From assembly GCA_951406725.2 (NCBI GenBank), contig OX597814.1, positions 207,948,001-208,012,000 of the forward strand: 64,000 nucleotides of DNA, given 5' to 3'. The position numbers and the translations under genes are program-made. The DNA is from Octopus vulgaris. Taxonomy: Eukaryota. The notes beneath the pieces are model-generated. The model had not been told where the DNA came from, made no database searches, and worked only from the letters and a program-made list of their open reading frames with translations. Shown here in pieces: positions 13,990 to 26,292 of this stretch. The stretch's first letter is position 1; each line of letters opens with the position of its first letter.

Positions 13990-14575
13990 AATAATAATAA
14001 TAATGAAATTATTGTATACAGTGCTCAGGTGCACCACAACTTGTCAGAAAGTGCGTATAAAGTACATGCAGTAATGTACAAATGTCTGGAAAGCGAACAA
14101 TGTATGAGTCAGATACATGCTTGCGTGTGTATGGAGGGGAGAAAATCAGGTGTAGTGTTGGCAAATCTCAGGAAGCATGGAAGTTTTGAAGGATGCAGTG
14201 CTCTGACAACTAACAACTGATGCCAGCAGTTTGTTCCATGCTTCAGCAACTCTCAGTGTGAAAAAATGTTTCCTTAAGTCATGGGAGCTGTGCTGTTTTC
14301 TGACTTTGTAAACATGTCCACGGGTGTTAGACAGGTGGAGTTTGAAAAGGTGCTCAGAGTTATTGTTTGTACGATGGTTGATAATTTTATGGGTGTCTGC
14401 CAAGTCAGCTGCCAGATGTCGGAGTTTCAATGTATCCATGCCCAGGGAAGTAATGCGTTCAGAATATGGCAAATGCCTGATGGAGGGTATTCTCTTGGTT
14501 GCACATCGCTGAACGGTTTCCAGACAATTAATATATTGGGCAAGATAGGGGTTCCAGACCAGTGATGCCAATTCC
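13990..14575 (-). mobile_element. CR1/L2-group LINE 3' fragment
   Basis: VWNPYLAQYINCLETVQRCATK..YSER..NTRGH..HFFTLRVAEAWNKL, then a 3' UTR and (TTA)n tail. Confidence 0.85.
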
Positions 14576-14602
14576 AGATCACCACAACCAATAGCAACTT
14601 AC

Positions 14603-14863
14603 CTTATTGAGTGTATCAAGAGCTTTCTTTGCTGCTATAAGGGCAGGTTCAGCTTTGGTAAGATCTTCTTCACAATCTTGGGCCTTCTTGCTGACTTCTT
14701 CATTGATCTTTTGTACTTTCTTCTCTTCTTCATCAGCAATGCGTTTCTCCTTGCTAACTTTCTCTGTCTCAGCTCCAACAATAGCTATCAGTTTGTTAGC
14801 ATCCTCTTCTTTCTGAGCAAGTTCAACCTCTTGGGCAGCCAGCTTGGCTTTCAGGTCATCAAC
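14603..14863 (-). CDS. DNAH9/11/17-like: Dynein HC exon p (stalk CC1)
   Basis: VDDLKAKLAAQEVEL...DLTKAEPALIAAKKALDTLNK; 261 nt. Confidence 0.95.
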
Positions 14864-15256
14864 CTGAAAGAAAAAAGATATACAGATAGAGAAAAGGTCA
14901 CATTGTGGATTGCCAGAAAATGAAATTGCATGTGTGTGCACACACATATATGTTCCTAAGACTAACTTAATTATAACTAAATTATTTTACTAAATACTTA
15001 GTTATACTTAAAATAATTGAAAGAAACACAGAGCATCTCAAAATAAACACAGTAACAAAAAGGTTAAGGCTAAGTAGTAATTCTGTTTACGGTTGTGTAA
15101 CAGATATTTTGGTTGGATTATACAGTTATCAGTTTTACACTTCTTTCTATATTCTGTAACTGTCACAATATAGAAATACTTCTTATGGCACCAGCACACA
15201 ATTTACAAATGCTCACATTTCTTATGTTTTCCATGAAGTTTTCACAGGTCCAGCTG

Positions 15257-15891
15257 ATTATTATTATTATTCTTCAGTAGTTTTATTTTTATAGCGTGCC
15301 TTCACTTCACTACCGAGCGCAGCTCTGTGTGCCTTGGGTATGTGCTGTGATTTGTTGTGATGCTCTGATGGTTATTGTATGGAAAGTGTTCTGCGTGGGA
15401 TGTGTGCAGTGCCTAGTAGTGCAATTTTCTGTATGTTATATGTGTTTGTAAGTCCTGGTGTTTTTGTTATGTATTTGTCTGAATATTTTTTTATCATGCC
15501 TAATGCACCTACTATGATAGGAATTGTTTCTGTTTTTAGATTCCACATTCTGGTTACCTCTATTTCCAGGTCTTTGTATTTTGAAAGTTTCTCCATTTCT
15601 TTTAGAGACACGTTGTCATCTGCCGGTATTGATACATCAATTAGAAAGCATTTTTTTCCTTCACGATCTCTGACAACTATATCTGGTCTGTTGGCCTTAA
15701 TTTCTCTATCTGTGTGTATCGGCATATCCCAGAGTATGGTTGCTTTCTCATTTTCTGTGACCTTTTCTGGTGTGTGCCTATACCATCTTTTTTCTGTTGT
15801 TATTCCATAATGTTGGCATAGCTTCCAGTGTATGTAGGTTCCAACTCTATCATGTCTGTGAATATATTCCTTATTATTATTATTATTATTA
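15257..15891 (-). mobile_element. 5'-truncated R4/Dong-clade non-LTR retrotransposon (restriction-like endonuclease C-terminus) in a (TAA)n tract
   Basis: YIHRHDRVG..ILWDMPIHTDREIKANRPDIVV..CFLIDVSIP..EKLSKYKDL..IPIIVGALG, open to the stop at 15372; TAA repeats on both sides. Confidence 0.85.
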
Positions 15892-16862
15892 TTTGATATT
15901 AGGAAGGGCATCCAGCCATAGAAACCATGCCAAAACAAATAAATGGAACCCAGGCAGCTTTTCAGCTGTCCAACCCATGCCAGCATGATTATTATTGTTG
16001 TTGTTGCTGTTGTGGTTATAATTATTATTATATGTAGTTTGATGATGAGAGATGGTTGACACAAGATTAGCAAAACTATTTGAAATGTCTTAATGGTCAT
16101 AGATCTGATGTACCTCTTGTCTAATTAACCATGGTTTATATCACATTACATCTCATGGTTTACACCACGTTACAAAAGGTCACAGAAGAGTTAGAATAAG
16201 TTCAGTTGCTTTGGGGAGAGAATCTTCTTGGGGTGGGAGTGAGGAAGCACTTTCCTTTTATTTGAGAGTGAAGAAGAAAGAGAAATCACTTCCAGATGTA
16301 CAGAAATATTTTGAAATCTTTGATTATTTAACTCTCACAGCAATTAAAAATATTAAAATCTATCCTTACCAATGTAGGCCCCCATCACTGCCTTGGATTC
16401 TGGATTTGACCCTATATCACATTTTGTTGTTTAAATTTATTTAGAAAAAAAAAACAAATAATGGTTTTAAATTTTGGCACTAAGCCAGCAGTTTTAGGTG
16501 AAGGGGCAAGTTGCTATCATCAGCCTCAGTGCTCAACTGGTACTTATTTTATTAACCTCGCTAGGATGAAAGGTAAAGTCAACTTGGGCAGAACTTAAAA
16601 TCAGAGCCTTTTTTCTAACACTCTCACAGTCCTGCCAGTTTACTACCTTTAGAAATATCTCATTATAATGATAAATTTGTAAGTTTGTAGAACTCGGAGT
16701 CAGAAAAACTCTTTGCATGAAAAGAAGCTGCTTTTTCCTGTTTTTTTTTTTTTTGTAATGAAAAGTTGTTGCTTAAAATTCTTGATTTTTAAGAAACTTC
16801 TAAACTCATGTGATACAAAAAAAAAGTTTTATAGAACTTTTTATTGTTGAAATTTTACAGAC

Positions 16863-17096
16863 CTGGGAAGAAGTGTTTCTAAGTTTCTCCAAACCATTTT
16901 CTAGACGCACAATCTGTGCCTGTAAATTGGTATTATTCTTATTCAGTAGGTTTTGATAAAGCTTAATCTGTTCTAGGAAACTTTTTGGTGTAGTATAATT
17001 GTAGCGACGTTCATTTTGGAGATAAAGGTCACTTGTATCATTCACTGAGTTGTGCACAAAGGCCATAAACTTTGAAATTGCTTCCCTCATTGGTGG
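16863..17096 (-). CDS. DNAH9/11/17-like: Dynein HC exon o (AAA4 to stalk CC1)
   Basis: PPMREAISKFMA..RRYNYTTPKSFLEQI..RLENGLEKLRNTSSQ; 234 nt. Confidence 0.95.
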
Positions 17097-17636
17097 CTGG
17101 AAAGAAAAATGTAAAAAAATGAAAGCAAGTCAGGAAATTGAAACAAAGACTATTTGATTAAAACAAGAACAGGCCATCATACTAAATGTTATTTGCAGCT
17201 ATAACAGAGAATGATAAAAAATTTTAAATTACATTCTACTTTTTAAAACCCACATCACTAAGATCATACTTATAAATTGTAAATAATCAAAAGATAACGA
17301 TTAAATTATATCACCCTCGTCATTTTCATCATTACCACCTGCACCATCACCACTATGGCTGATATCTTTATGATCTTAATCAACATCATCATTACTACAG
17401 GCATACATCATTCCTTAAAATCTTGCCATAATGTGGAATTCTGTAGCACAAAACCTATTTTTACAGTGCTTCCATATGTAATATGTTATATAACAAAGAA
17501 ACGAGTGGGCAAATGGATTTAGTGCTACCAAATTCCATGTTCAACAAGATTTTCAGGAAAACACAGTGCTTCCATAATACAAGAGATGTCTTTATGTTAA
17601 AATCCATTTTTCTCAGTTATTGTGGGCTGTCCTGTG

Positions 17637-17815
17637 TCGGAATGGTCAGTGGTAAGAGAGGAAGAGGCCGACCAAGAACCCGCTGGCTTGACACCATCAA
17701 GAGTGATACTGGAATGGACATAGCCAATCTGAAAGAAGCGGCCCAGGATAGAACTGACTGGAAGACACTGATCCAACGAGTAACCGAGAGTCGACTTCGA
17801 CTGAGCGAATAGAGA
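17637..17815 (+). mobile_element. RTE/BovB-like LINE C-terminal fragment
   Basis: GMVSGKRGRGRPRTRWLDTIKSDTG..LKEAAQDRTDW..VTESRLRL*. Confidence 0.75.
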
Positions 17816-18419
17816 TGTGTCCTGTGTCATTTTTTATTATAGATCCAATACTCTCAGATCTGACCTAACTTTCTCAAATCCTGCTTGTTCTACCTTTATA
17901 CCCAGCATGCATCAACAAGTCACATGTTAAACACAGCATTCTCTCTTGCATTCATGGTCTCATGTTTCTGGTTCTCAGTCCCTTTCCCTTGCACTTATCT
18001 TTTATCTTTTACTTGTTTCAATCACTGGATTGCAGCCATGCTGGGGCACTGCCTTGAACGGTTTAGCTGAAGAAATTGACTTCAATGCTTACGTATATAT
18101 TTTTTTAAGATTGATACTTATTCTATCAGTCTCTTTTGCCAAAACTGCTAAGCTACAGGGACGTAAACAAACCAACACTGATTGTCTGCAGTGGTGGACA
18201 AACATAACATAAAGACACACACACTTACAAAAATATTACAGGCTTCTTTCAGTTTCCATCTACAAAATCCACTCGCAAGGCTTTGGTCAGTTCAAAATTA
18301 TAGTAGAAGACACTTGTCCAAGGTGCCATACAATGGGATTGAACACAAGATCACATAGTTGAGAAGCAAGCTTTCAACCACACAGCTATGCCTTCGCACT
18401 CTTTTTCTCATAAATACCA

Positions 18420-18625
18420 CTCTTTTACTTGTTTCAGTCATTTGACTGCGGCCATGCTGGAGCACCGCCTTTAGTCGAGCAAATCGACCCCAGGACTTAT
18501 TCTTTGTAAGCCTAGTACTTATTCTATCAGTCTCTTTTGCCGAACCGCTAAGTTACAGGGACATAAACACACCAGCATCGGTTGTCAAGCGATGTTGGGG
18601 GACAAACACAGACACACAAACATAT

Positions 18626-18656
<31 letters not shown>

Positions 18657-18826
18657 CATATATACGATGGGCTTCTTTCAGTTTCCATCTACCAAATCCA
18701 CTCACACGGCTTTGGTTGGCCTGAGGCTATAGTAGAAGACACTTGCCCAAGGTGCCACGCAGTGGGACTGAACCCGGAACCATGTGGTTCGTAAGCAAGC
18801 TACTTACCACACAGCCACTCCTATGC
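18420..18826 (-). mobile_element. SINE family B (GGAGTGGCTGTGTGGTAAG head, CORE-like cttgggcaagtg, internal TA/TG microsatellite); older copy at 18000-18400
   Basis: Reverse complement of 42773-43178. Confidence 0.8.
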
Positions 18827-19239
18827 CACTGTGTAAGGAAATTAAAATTTTTGTTGTCTTTGGTCAGTAAATGTTATTTCCTATTTGCTTTCATCTAGAA
18901 ATCAGAAGAAATGACTATTATTTCCTTCAAAATTTGCTTTTGTGACCTGGACATCAACTTTTTTGAAACTGACCTATTTCCCATTACATTTCAGACAGAT
19001 TCAGCACTGAGTTGCTGAAGCAGAAATATCGTTATAGTAAACATTCTGTTCAATACCACAGATTTGCTTGTCAGTTGCTTGACCATAACCACTTGAGCAT
19101 GTCCTTTAATGGCTGACAATACATGAATCTCTGATCATGAGTAGGAGTAGTGGGGTAGCATCATAGCCATGAGTTGGGAGGGATTCTTTGGGGTTTGAAT
19201 AAATGTAACAAAAGCAAAGTTTGAAGGAAATATATATGC

Positions 19240-19478
19240 AGCAGCTGTGTGGTAAGCAGCTTGCTTACCAACCACATGGTTCCAGGTTCAGTCCCACTGC
19301 ATGACACCTTGGGCAAGTGTCTTCTACTATAGCCTCGGGCCGACCAAAGCCTTGTGGGTGGATTTGGTAGACAGAAACTGAAAGAAGCCTGTCGTATATA
19401 TATATATATATATATATATATAGCCAGCGAGCTGGCAGAATCGTTAGAACGCCGGGCAAAATGCTTAGTGGCGTTTCG

Positions 19479-19535
<57 letters not shown>

Positions 19536-19740
19536 GTGTTTGTGTGTCTGTGTTTGTCCCCCAACATCACTTGACAACCGATGCTGGTGTGATTACGTCC
19601 CTGTAACTTAGCAGTTCAGCAAAAGAGATCGATAGAATAAGTGCTAGGCTTACAAAGAATAAGTCTTGGGGTCGATTTGCTCGACTAAAGGCAGTGCTCC
19701 AGCATGGCCGCAGTCAAATGACTAGAACAAGTAAAAGAGT
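19240..19740 (+). mobile_element. SINE family B with a family-A head fragment (19422-19480) inside its microsatellite
   Basis: Family consensus match. Confidence 0.8.
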
Positions 19741-19928
19741 ATTTTTTTAACACTTTCTAGGGGTAAGCAAATAAGAAATAACACTTGCTACCCAATGGCA
19801 AAAACTGCGTAACACAGTGCAATCCTGCTCAATATACTATATTCATCTTGATCCCCTCTGTACTAGTAAATTTTCATCATTTATCAAATATTTCAGTCCA
19901 AGCAACATCAACCTTCTTATACATACCT

Positions 19929-20146
19929 ACAAGGGAGTACTGAAAAACTTGGCTTTGGGTAAAAGAAAATACAGGAGGATCAGTTAATGTTGATTTTATT
20001 CAACATATTCCCCCCTCAGATTCACACACTTATTGCAGTGGTCCTTCAGTTTTTCTAAACCCTGTAAAAGAACTCAAAAGGTTGGGCCTCCAACCAGGCT
20101 TTTCACAATACCCTTAAATCCAGGAACTTTACAGCACCCCTTTGTA
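19929..20146. mobile_element. Tc1/mariner-type MITE; second copy at about 36704-36911 in opposite orientation
   Basis: Imperfect TIRs tacaagggagtactgaaaa / tttacagcacccctttgta with TA ends; internal sequence shared with 36704-36911. Confidence 0.6.
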
Positions 20147-20272
20147 TGTATAAGTACACATGAGAAGATAAACTTTTTGTTGTTGTTTTTGTTGTTGCTT
20201 AGCCCATGGTCAGCTCTATTCAAAAACACACTGCGAACATAATGGATCAAAGTTCACATTATTCAATTTGTC

Positions 20273-21403
20273 CTTCAATTCTTTTCTAAGATAATTGGGT
20301 CTGGTTTCAGGGAGGTTGGCTATTATTTTTAACAAATCAAGTGTCCACATAAGGATTCCTTCCAATTCTTTTCTAAGATAATAGGGTCTGGTTTCAGGGA
20401 GGTTGGCTATTATTTTTAACAAATCAAGTGTCCACATAAGGATTCCTTCCAATTCTTTTCTAAGATAATAGGGTCTGGTTTCAGGGAGGTTGGCTATTAT
20501 TTTTAACAAATCAAGTGTCCACATAAGGATTCCTTCCAGTTCTTTTCTAAGATAATAGGGTCTGGTTTCAGGGAGGTTGGCTATTATTTTTAACAAATCA
20601 AGTGTCCACATAAGGATTCCTTCCAATTCTTTTCTAAGATAATAGGGTCTGGTTTCAGGGAGGTTGGCTATTATTTTTAACAAATCAAGTGTCCACATAA
20701 GGATTCCTTCCAATTCTTTTCTAAGATAATAGGGTCTGGTTTCAGGGAGGTTGGCTATTATTTTTAACAAATCAAGTGTCCACATAAGGATTCCTTCCAA
20801 TTCTTTTCTAAGATAATAGGGTCTGGTTTCAGGGAGGTTGGCTATTATTTTTAACAAATCAAGTGTCCACATAAGGATTCCTTCCAATTCTTTTCTAAGA
20901 TAATAGGGTCTGGTTTCAGGGAGATTGGCTATTATTTTTAACAAATCAAGTGTCCACATAAGGATTCCTTCCAATTCTTTTCTAAGATAATAGGGTCTGG
21001 TTTCAGGGAGGTTGGCTATTATTTTTAACAAATCAAGTGTAGACATAAGGATTCCTTCCAATTCTTTTCTAAGATAATAGGGTCTGGTTTCAGGGAGATT
21101 GGCTATTATTTTTAACAAATCAAGTGTAGACATAAGGATTCCTTCCAATTCTTTTCTAAGATAATAGGGTCTGGTTTCAGGGAGGTTGGCTATTATTTTT
21201 AACAAATCAAGTGTCCACATAAGGATTCCTTCCAATTCTTTTCTTAGATAATAGGGTCTGGTTTCAGGAAGATTGGCTATTATTTTTAACAAATCAAGTG
21301 TCCACATAAGGATTCCTTCCAATTCTTTCCTAAGATAATAGGGTCTGGTTTCAGGGAGATTGACTATTATTTTTAACAAATCAAGTGTCCACATAAAGAT
21401 TCC
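20273..21403. repeat. 87-bp minisatellite, about 13 highly homogeneous copies
   Basis: Unit aattcttttctaagataatagggtctggtttcagggaggttggctattatttttaacaaatcaagtgtccacataaggattccttcc. Confidence 0.95.
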
Positions 21404-21604
21404 CTCATTAGCTTGACAAACTATTTGTTGCCAACAAAGTTAACGGTTTCTTGAAGTACTTCAACCTATTTTTCACTCTAACTACACTGATTGATTAAGC
21501 TGTATCACTACTACACCTATCTCTTCCTCTGACTCCGTATCCCTCCAGCCTGATACACTCATCTCTTCTTCTCATTATTCCATCTGCGTTACATGTTACT
21601 TTTG

Positions 21605-21640
<36 letters not shown>

Positions 21641-22345
21641 CTCTCTCACTTTCACTCAGACACACACGCTCTTCCTTTCACACACACACATACACACAGA
21701 GCAATCATTTCCTCATCACAATTGCTCTCCTTTTAAATTCCCCATCCATCAGCATTTTGCACCTTGATGTCGACCTGCAGATACTCTTCAAACTCAACAT
21801 CAATCTGATAAGCTTCAGTGAACCTCTAAACATCATAGGCTCTCTTCCTCCTTCTCCTCCTCCTCCTAATTAATAATAAAGCAAGTCAATAAGGTTGGTA
21901 AACGGCTACTAATTTGTGTGATGTCACTAGTACTGCATTATGTTCATGATCAATACATCCTTATCAGCCAAGTCTACCAAGCTCTAAGTGAGTAGTGGTG
22001 TACAGTGGCAATAAATCATTGGATAGTAAACCTAATTTTCTGCTTCTTTAATACCACCACCTTGCCCAACCATTCGTAAATAAATTGGAATCCCATTCAA
22101 AGAGAAATTTGTCTTTCAGATGTTTTAGTGCAATTAAAACAGAGTTGTCATCGTCATCATTGCATAACGTCTGCCTTCCATGCTGGCATGGGATGGATGG
22201 CCTGAGGGGAGCTGGCTAGGCAGGAGCCTGCACTAGACTTCTGTGTCAGTTTTGGCTGGATTTTTACAGCTTGATACCCTTCCTAACACCAACCACCCAG
22301 AAGGATGGACAGAGTGTTTTTTACATGGCAGAAGCACAGGTGAGA

Positions 22346-22580
22346 AGGCAGCGAGCTGGCAGAAACGTTAGCACGCCAGGCGAAATGCTTAGCGGTATTT
22401 CGTCTGTCTTTATGTTCTGAGTTCAAATTCCGCCGAGGTCGACTTTGCCTTTCATCCTTTCGGGGTTGATAGATTAAGTAGCAGTTACGTACTGGGGTCG
22501 ATGTAATCAACTTAATCCCTTTGTCTGTCCTTGTTTGTCCCCTCTATGTTTAGCCCCTTGCGGGCAAAAAAAGAAATAAG
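22346..22580 (+). mobile_element. SINE family A with 14-bp TSD agaagcacaggtga
   Basis: TSD at 22330 and 22579; inserted in a family-C-like element. Confidence 0.85.
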
Positions 22581-23043
22581 AAGCACAGGTGAAATCAGTT
22601 TTGGCATGGTTATTACAGCGCAATACCCTTCCTAACACCAACCACCCAGCAGGGTGGACAGAGTGTTTTTTACGTGGCAGAAGCACAGGTGAGATCAGTT
22701 TTGGCATGGTTTTTGCAGCTGGATGCCCTTCTAAATGCCAACCACTTTACAGGGTGGAATGTAAATATTAATTTAGAGAATTGTGGAGGTCCACAAAAGG
22801 ACAAAAGGAAGTATAGGTAAGGACATTAGTAACATTGGTACCATAGTCCGTTTGGTTATAACGGGAAAATAAAGGTGCAAAATATGATATTGACAAGAAT
22901 AATGCCTGCACAAATGATAACACACAATCTATTTTGGGTAGTGTAGTGCAAAATATGATATTGACAAGAATAATGCCTGCACAAATGATAACACACAATC
23001 TATTTTGGGTAGTGCAGCACCAGCACCTCCAGCAGCAGCAGCC

Positions 23044-23425
23044 GTGGAGGCGCAATGGCCCAATGGTTAGGGCAGCAGACTCGCGGTCGGGGGATCGCGG
23101 TTTCGATTCCCAGACTGGTTGTTGCATGTGTTTATTGAGCAAAAACAGCTAAAGCTCCATGAGGCTCCGGCAGGGGGTGGTAGCGACCCCTGTTGTACTC
23201 TTTCGCTCCAACTTTCTCTCACTCTTTCTTCCTGTTTCTTGTCCCCGACTTCCTACGCAACCGCTGAGCCTGGATGCGCCTTCATCCATCCGTTGATGCT
23301 CTCGGTGTTGGGGGTTGACCTACTTTCTCTTCTGCGGGTCTTACGAATAGCAAAGGACCGCATTTCGGACTTCTCCCACTACAGCTGGGATGAAGACCGC
23401 TTCGCTCAACAAACAAACAAACAAG
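23044..23425 (+). mobile_element. SINE family D, tail type 2, (CAAA)n end
   Basis: Same head with a different 3' module. Confidence 0.85.
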
Positions 23426-23508
23426 CAGCTGCCACTGCCACCACACTCATCGTCATCTTTTGATGCTTATTTTACCAAGTTTTCAAAATATCCAATTAAC
23501 TGACTTAC

Positions 23509-23670
23509 AGCCAATAGTTCAACTTCTTCAAGGAATCTTTGACTGACAGATACTAGAGCTTCTTCAGGCCATTCATGGAACCAGTCGATGCTTGTACAAT
23601 TGGTAATAGCTGGAAATTTGCGACTTCGAATTCGCAATGTAGGACCAACAGGAGAGAAACATAACACAAC
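23509..23670 (-). CDS. DNAH9/11/17-like: Dynein HC exon n (AAA4)
   Basis: [39 protein letters not shown]...; 162 nt. Confidence 0.95.
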
Positions 23671-23704
23671 CTGAAATAAATCACATACACACATATAAAG
23701 TATA

Positions 23705-23741
<37 letters not shown>

Positions 23742-23929
23742 AAATTAGAAACAAAAGTTTTAACATTTTTTTTTGGTTTCTCATTACCAGGTAATTTGCT
23801 TTCTGAAATTATCTCTACAGATATTCTATAAAAATTAGAGCCAGCATTGATTTATTACAATGTTTCATATACGAATACATCTATGTAAACAATGTGATCA
23901 ATGACAGAGAAATAGGTAATGGGTATGTA

Positions 23930-24359
23930 CAGCGCTGGATTAACCATTAAGGAAAAATAAGCACGTATTTAGGGCATCAAGAGAAGGAGTGAGGGCACCA
24001 AAGAAATGGTAAATGGTTTATGGCACAAAAGAAATCACTTAAAACTTGCTAAAATAATATTCGGGATAGCTTTATCTCTACTAAGTATAGATGCAGATGT
24101 GTTACCTCAGATTAATTTTGAGGATCTGATCAAAGACTTTGCAATTCAAAAAAGTAGGAGGAAACTTTTCGAATATAAATAAAGTGGAAATATACAAAAA
24201 ATAAACATTATTTTCCCTCTTACTGTTTTGTTTTGTTTTGTAAAATAAAAATTTATTTTATGGTTTGTTATTGTTTATATTTTGAATTACATAATCTTTT
24301 ATGGGGGCACCAAAATCTTTTAAGTGCTTAGGGCCTCAATGGGTCTTAATCCAGCCCTG
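23930..24359. mobile_element. hAT-like MITE
   Basis: TIRs cagcgctggattaa / ttaatccagccctg; degenerate 8-bp TSD ggtatgta / ggtaatta. Confidence 0.7.
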
Positions 24360-24421
24360 GGTAATTACACATATTTCAGGAGTTCTTACTCCTTCTTCAG
24401 GACCACATCCAACCCATTAAC

Positions 24422-25180
24422 CATCATCATCATCATCATCATTGTTTAACGTCCGTTTTCTGTGCTAGCACGGGTTGGACGGTTCGACCGGGGTCTGGGA
24501 AGCCAGGGGCTGCACCAGGCTCCAGTCTGATCTGGCAGTGTTTCTACAGCTGGATGCCCTTCCTAACGCCAACCACTCCGCGGGTGTAGTGGGTGCTTTT
24601 TATGTGCCACCTGCACAGGTGCCAGGGGAGTCTGGCATCGGCCACAATCGGTTGGTGCTTTTAACGTGCCACCGGCATGGGAGCCAGCCAAGGCGGCGCT
24701 GGCATCGGCCACGTTCGGATGGTGCTTTTTATGTGCCACCGGCACAGTAGCCAGTCGAGGCAGCGCTGGCATCGAACAAATTGCTAAAGTAGCCACCTAA
24801 TATAGCAGTGTAACATTATTAGAAATACCAACTTTACATTCTTGGTAACTGGTATGTACATATCAATTGTTGGTAAGGACACTATATTTTGTTATGCAAC
24901 CATAATATACTACCATCAACATCATACTCTAACGTCTGTTTTTCATGCTGGCATGGGTAGGATGATTTGACTGAAAACTGGTAAGCTGCACCAGGTTCCA
25001 ATCTGATTTGGCATGGTTTCTACAGCTGGATGCCTTTCCTAATGCCAAACACTCCAAGAGTGTAGTGGGTACTTTTTATATGCCACCAGCACGGGTACCA
25101 ATTACAAAACACCGGCATCGGCCACAACTACAATCTCACTTGACTTGACAGGTCTTCTTGAGCCAAAGGTCTCGGTCACC
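24422..25180 (-). mobile_element. Two family C copies (24422-24775 and 24910-25180)
   Basis: (CAT)n-gtttaacgtccg start on the plus strand. Confidence 0.75.
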
Positions 25181-25751
25181 TGTCACTATCTAAGCATACT
25201 AAAGGATTAAAGGCCAATACTGTGTCCCCACCATGATAGCAATGCTAATATTTCACTTTTCAAAGTTATCTCTACAGATATTCTTTAGAAATTAGAGTCA
25301 GCATGTCCCTATCAGCAATTAATTACCAGGTAATGTATTTACCACAAAGTAATTACCTGTGATTAATTTAACAGGAATCTGTTTGAACCTGATTAGTTAT
25401 GACCTATGACAACTAAATTAATAAAATGTAAAAAGCTTCTTTAAAAATGTTTCCTAACTTTGTTACAATGCCGGACATTTTGAAAGAAGGGTGTAATTAA
25501 TTTTAAATGTTCTCTATACTTGACAGGTAATTAGTCTACTGACTCCAGAAAGTTGAAAACCAAAAGTGACTCCAACAAGATTTGAACACAGAATACAGGG
25601 TAATGTAACTAAATACTGTAAGCTATTTAGTTTGGTGCCCAACTATTTCTACTACTTCATCAGCTTATTTATTAGAAAAGAAATGTAACCATATTTCGTT
25701 TTTGGATTTGGTTTGCAGGATTCTTTATATGAGTTTGTGTGTTGAAGCATA

Positions 25752-26047
25752 TTCTGTTGTGTCTGGGGAGAGTCATTTTCTTTTTGTGCCTTATAATGTA
25801 AAACACTCAACGGTAAAATTTCCACTTATTTCTTATTTTTATTTTCCTAAAATTTTCGTTGCGTCTTGCAACCTTTTCAATACTTATTTTTATTTTCCTA
25901 AAATTTTCAATAGACTATTGAAAAGGTTGCAAGACGCAATGAAAATTTTAGGAAAATAAAAATAAGAAATACGTGGAAATTTTACCGGTGAGTGTGTTAC
26001 ATTATACGGCACAAAAAGAAAATGACTTTCCCCAGACACAACAGAAA
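25752..26047. repeat. Inverted repeat with ~130-bp arms and a small internal duplication at the centre
   Basis: 25752-25882 versus 25916-26047 reverse complement, few mismatches. Confidence 0.9.
25915..25951 (+). ncRNA. Hammerhead-like motif, U3:A8 core variant; mirror copy at 25847-25882 on the minus strand
   Basis: CTA-TTGAAAA-G-GTTGC-AAGAC-GCAA(C/T)-GAAA-AT-TT-TAG; only 3 bp of stem I are visible. Confidence 0.35.
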
Positions 26048-26292
26048 ATGTAAATATAGCATTCCATATATCTTACTAAATGTGGGTATACTATACAGAA
26101 CCACAAAACTGCAGTATTCATCTTGAGAATGGACACATTCATGTTGCACCTATCCCTACTATTATTGCTCAATGATGGTAGTATCAATAGCAGATAAAAA
26201 GTGTCCAGTACACTTCTGACCTTTTTAGCACTATATTACTAAATGAGAATCTCTCTCTCTCCAGACAAATACTGTAGTTTTGTGGCTTTCTA

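Noticed and set aside
20216-21394. 392-aa repeat protein
   Set aside because: The unit is 87 bp and stop-free. There is no splice or homology support, and the dynein exons on either side join directly in frame.
21805-21840. CTGATAAGCTTCAGTGAAC, a hammerhead-like relic
   Set aside because: Two core mismatches and no supporting stems.
22875-23016. 72-bp tandem duplication; also a ~150-bp duplication at 44350-44615 and a 45-bp repeat at 23806/25262
   Set aside because: Real but ordinary local duplications with no further structure.
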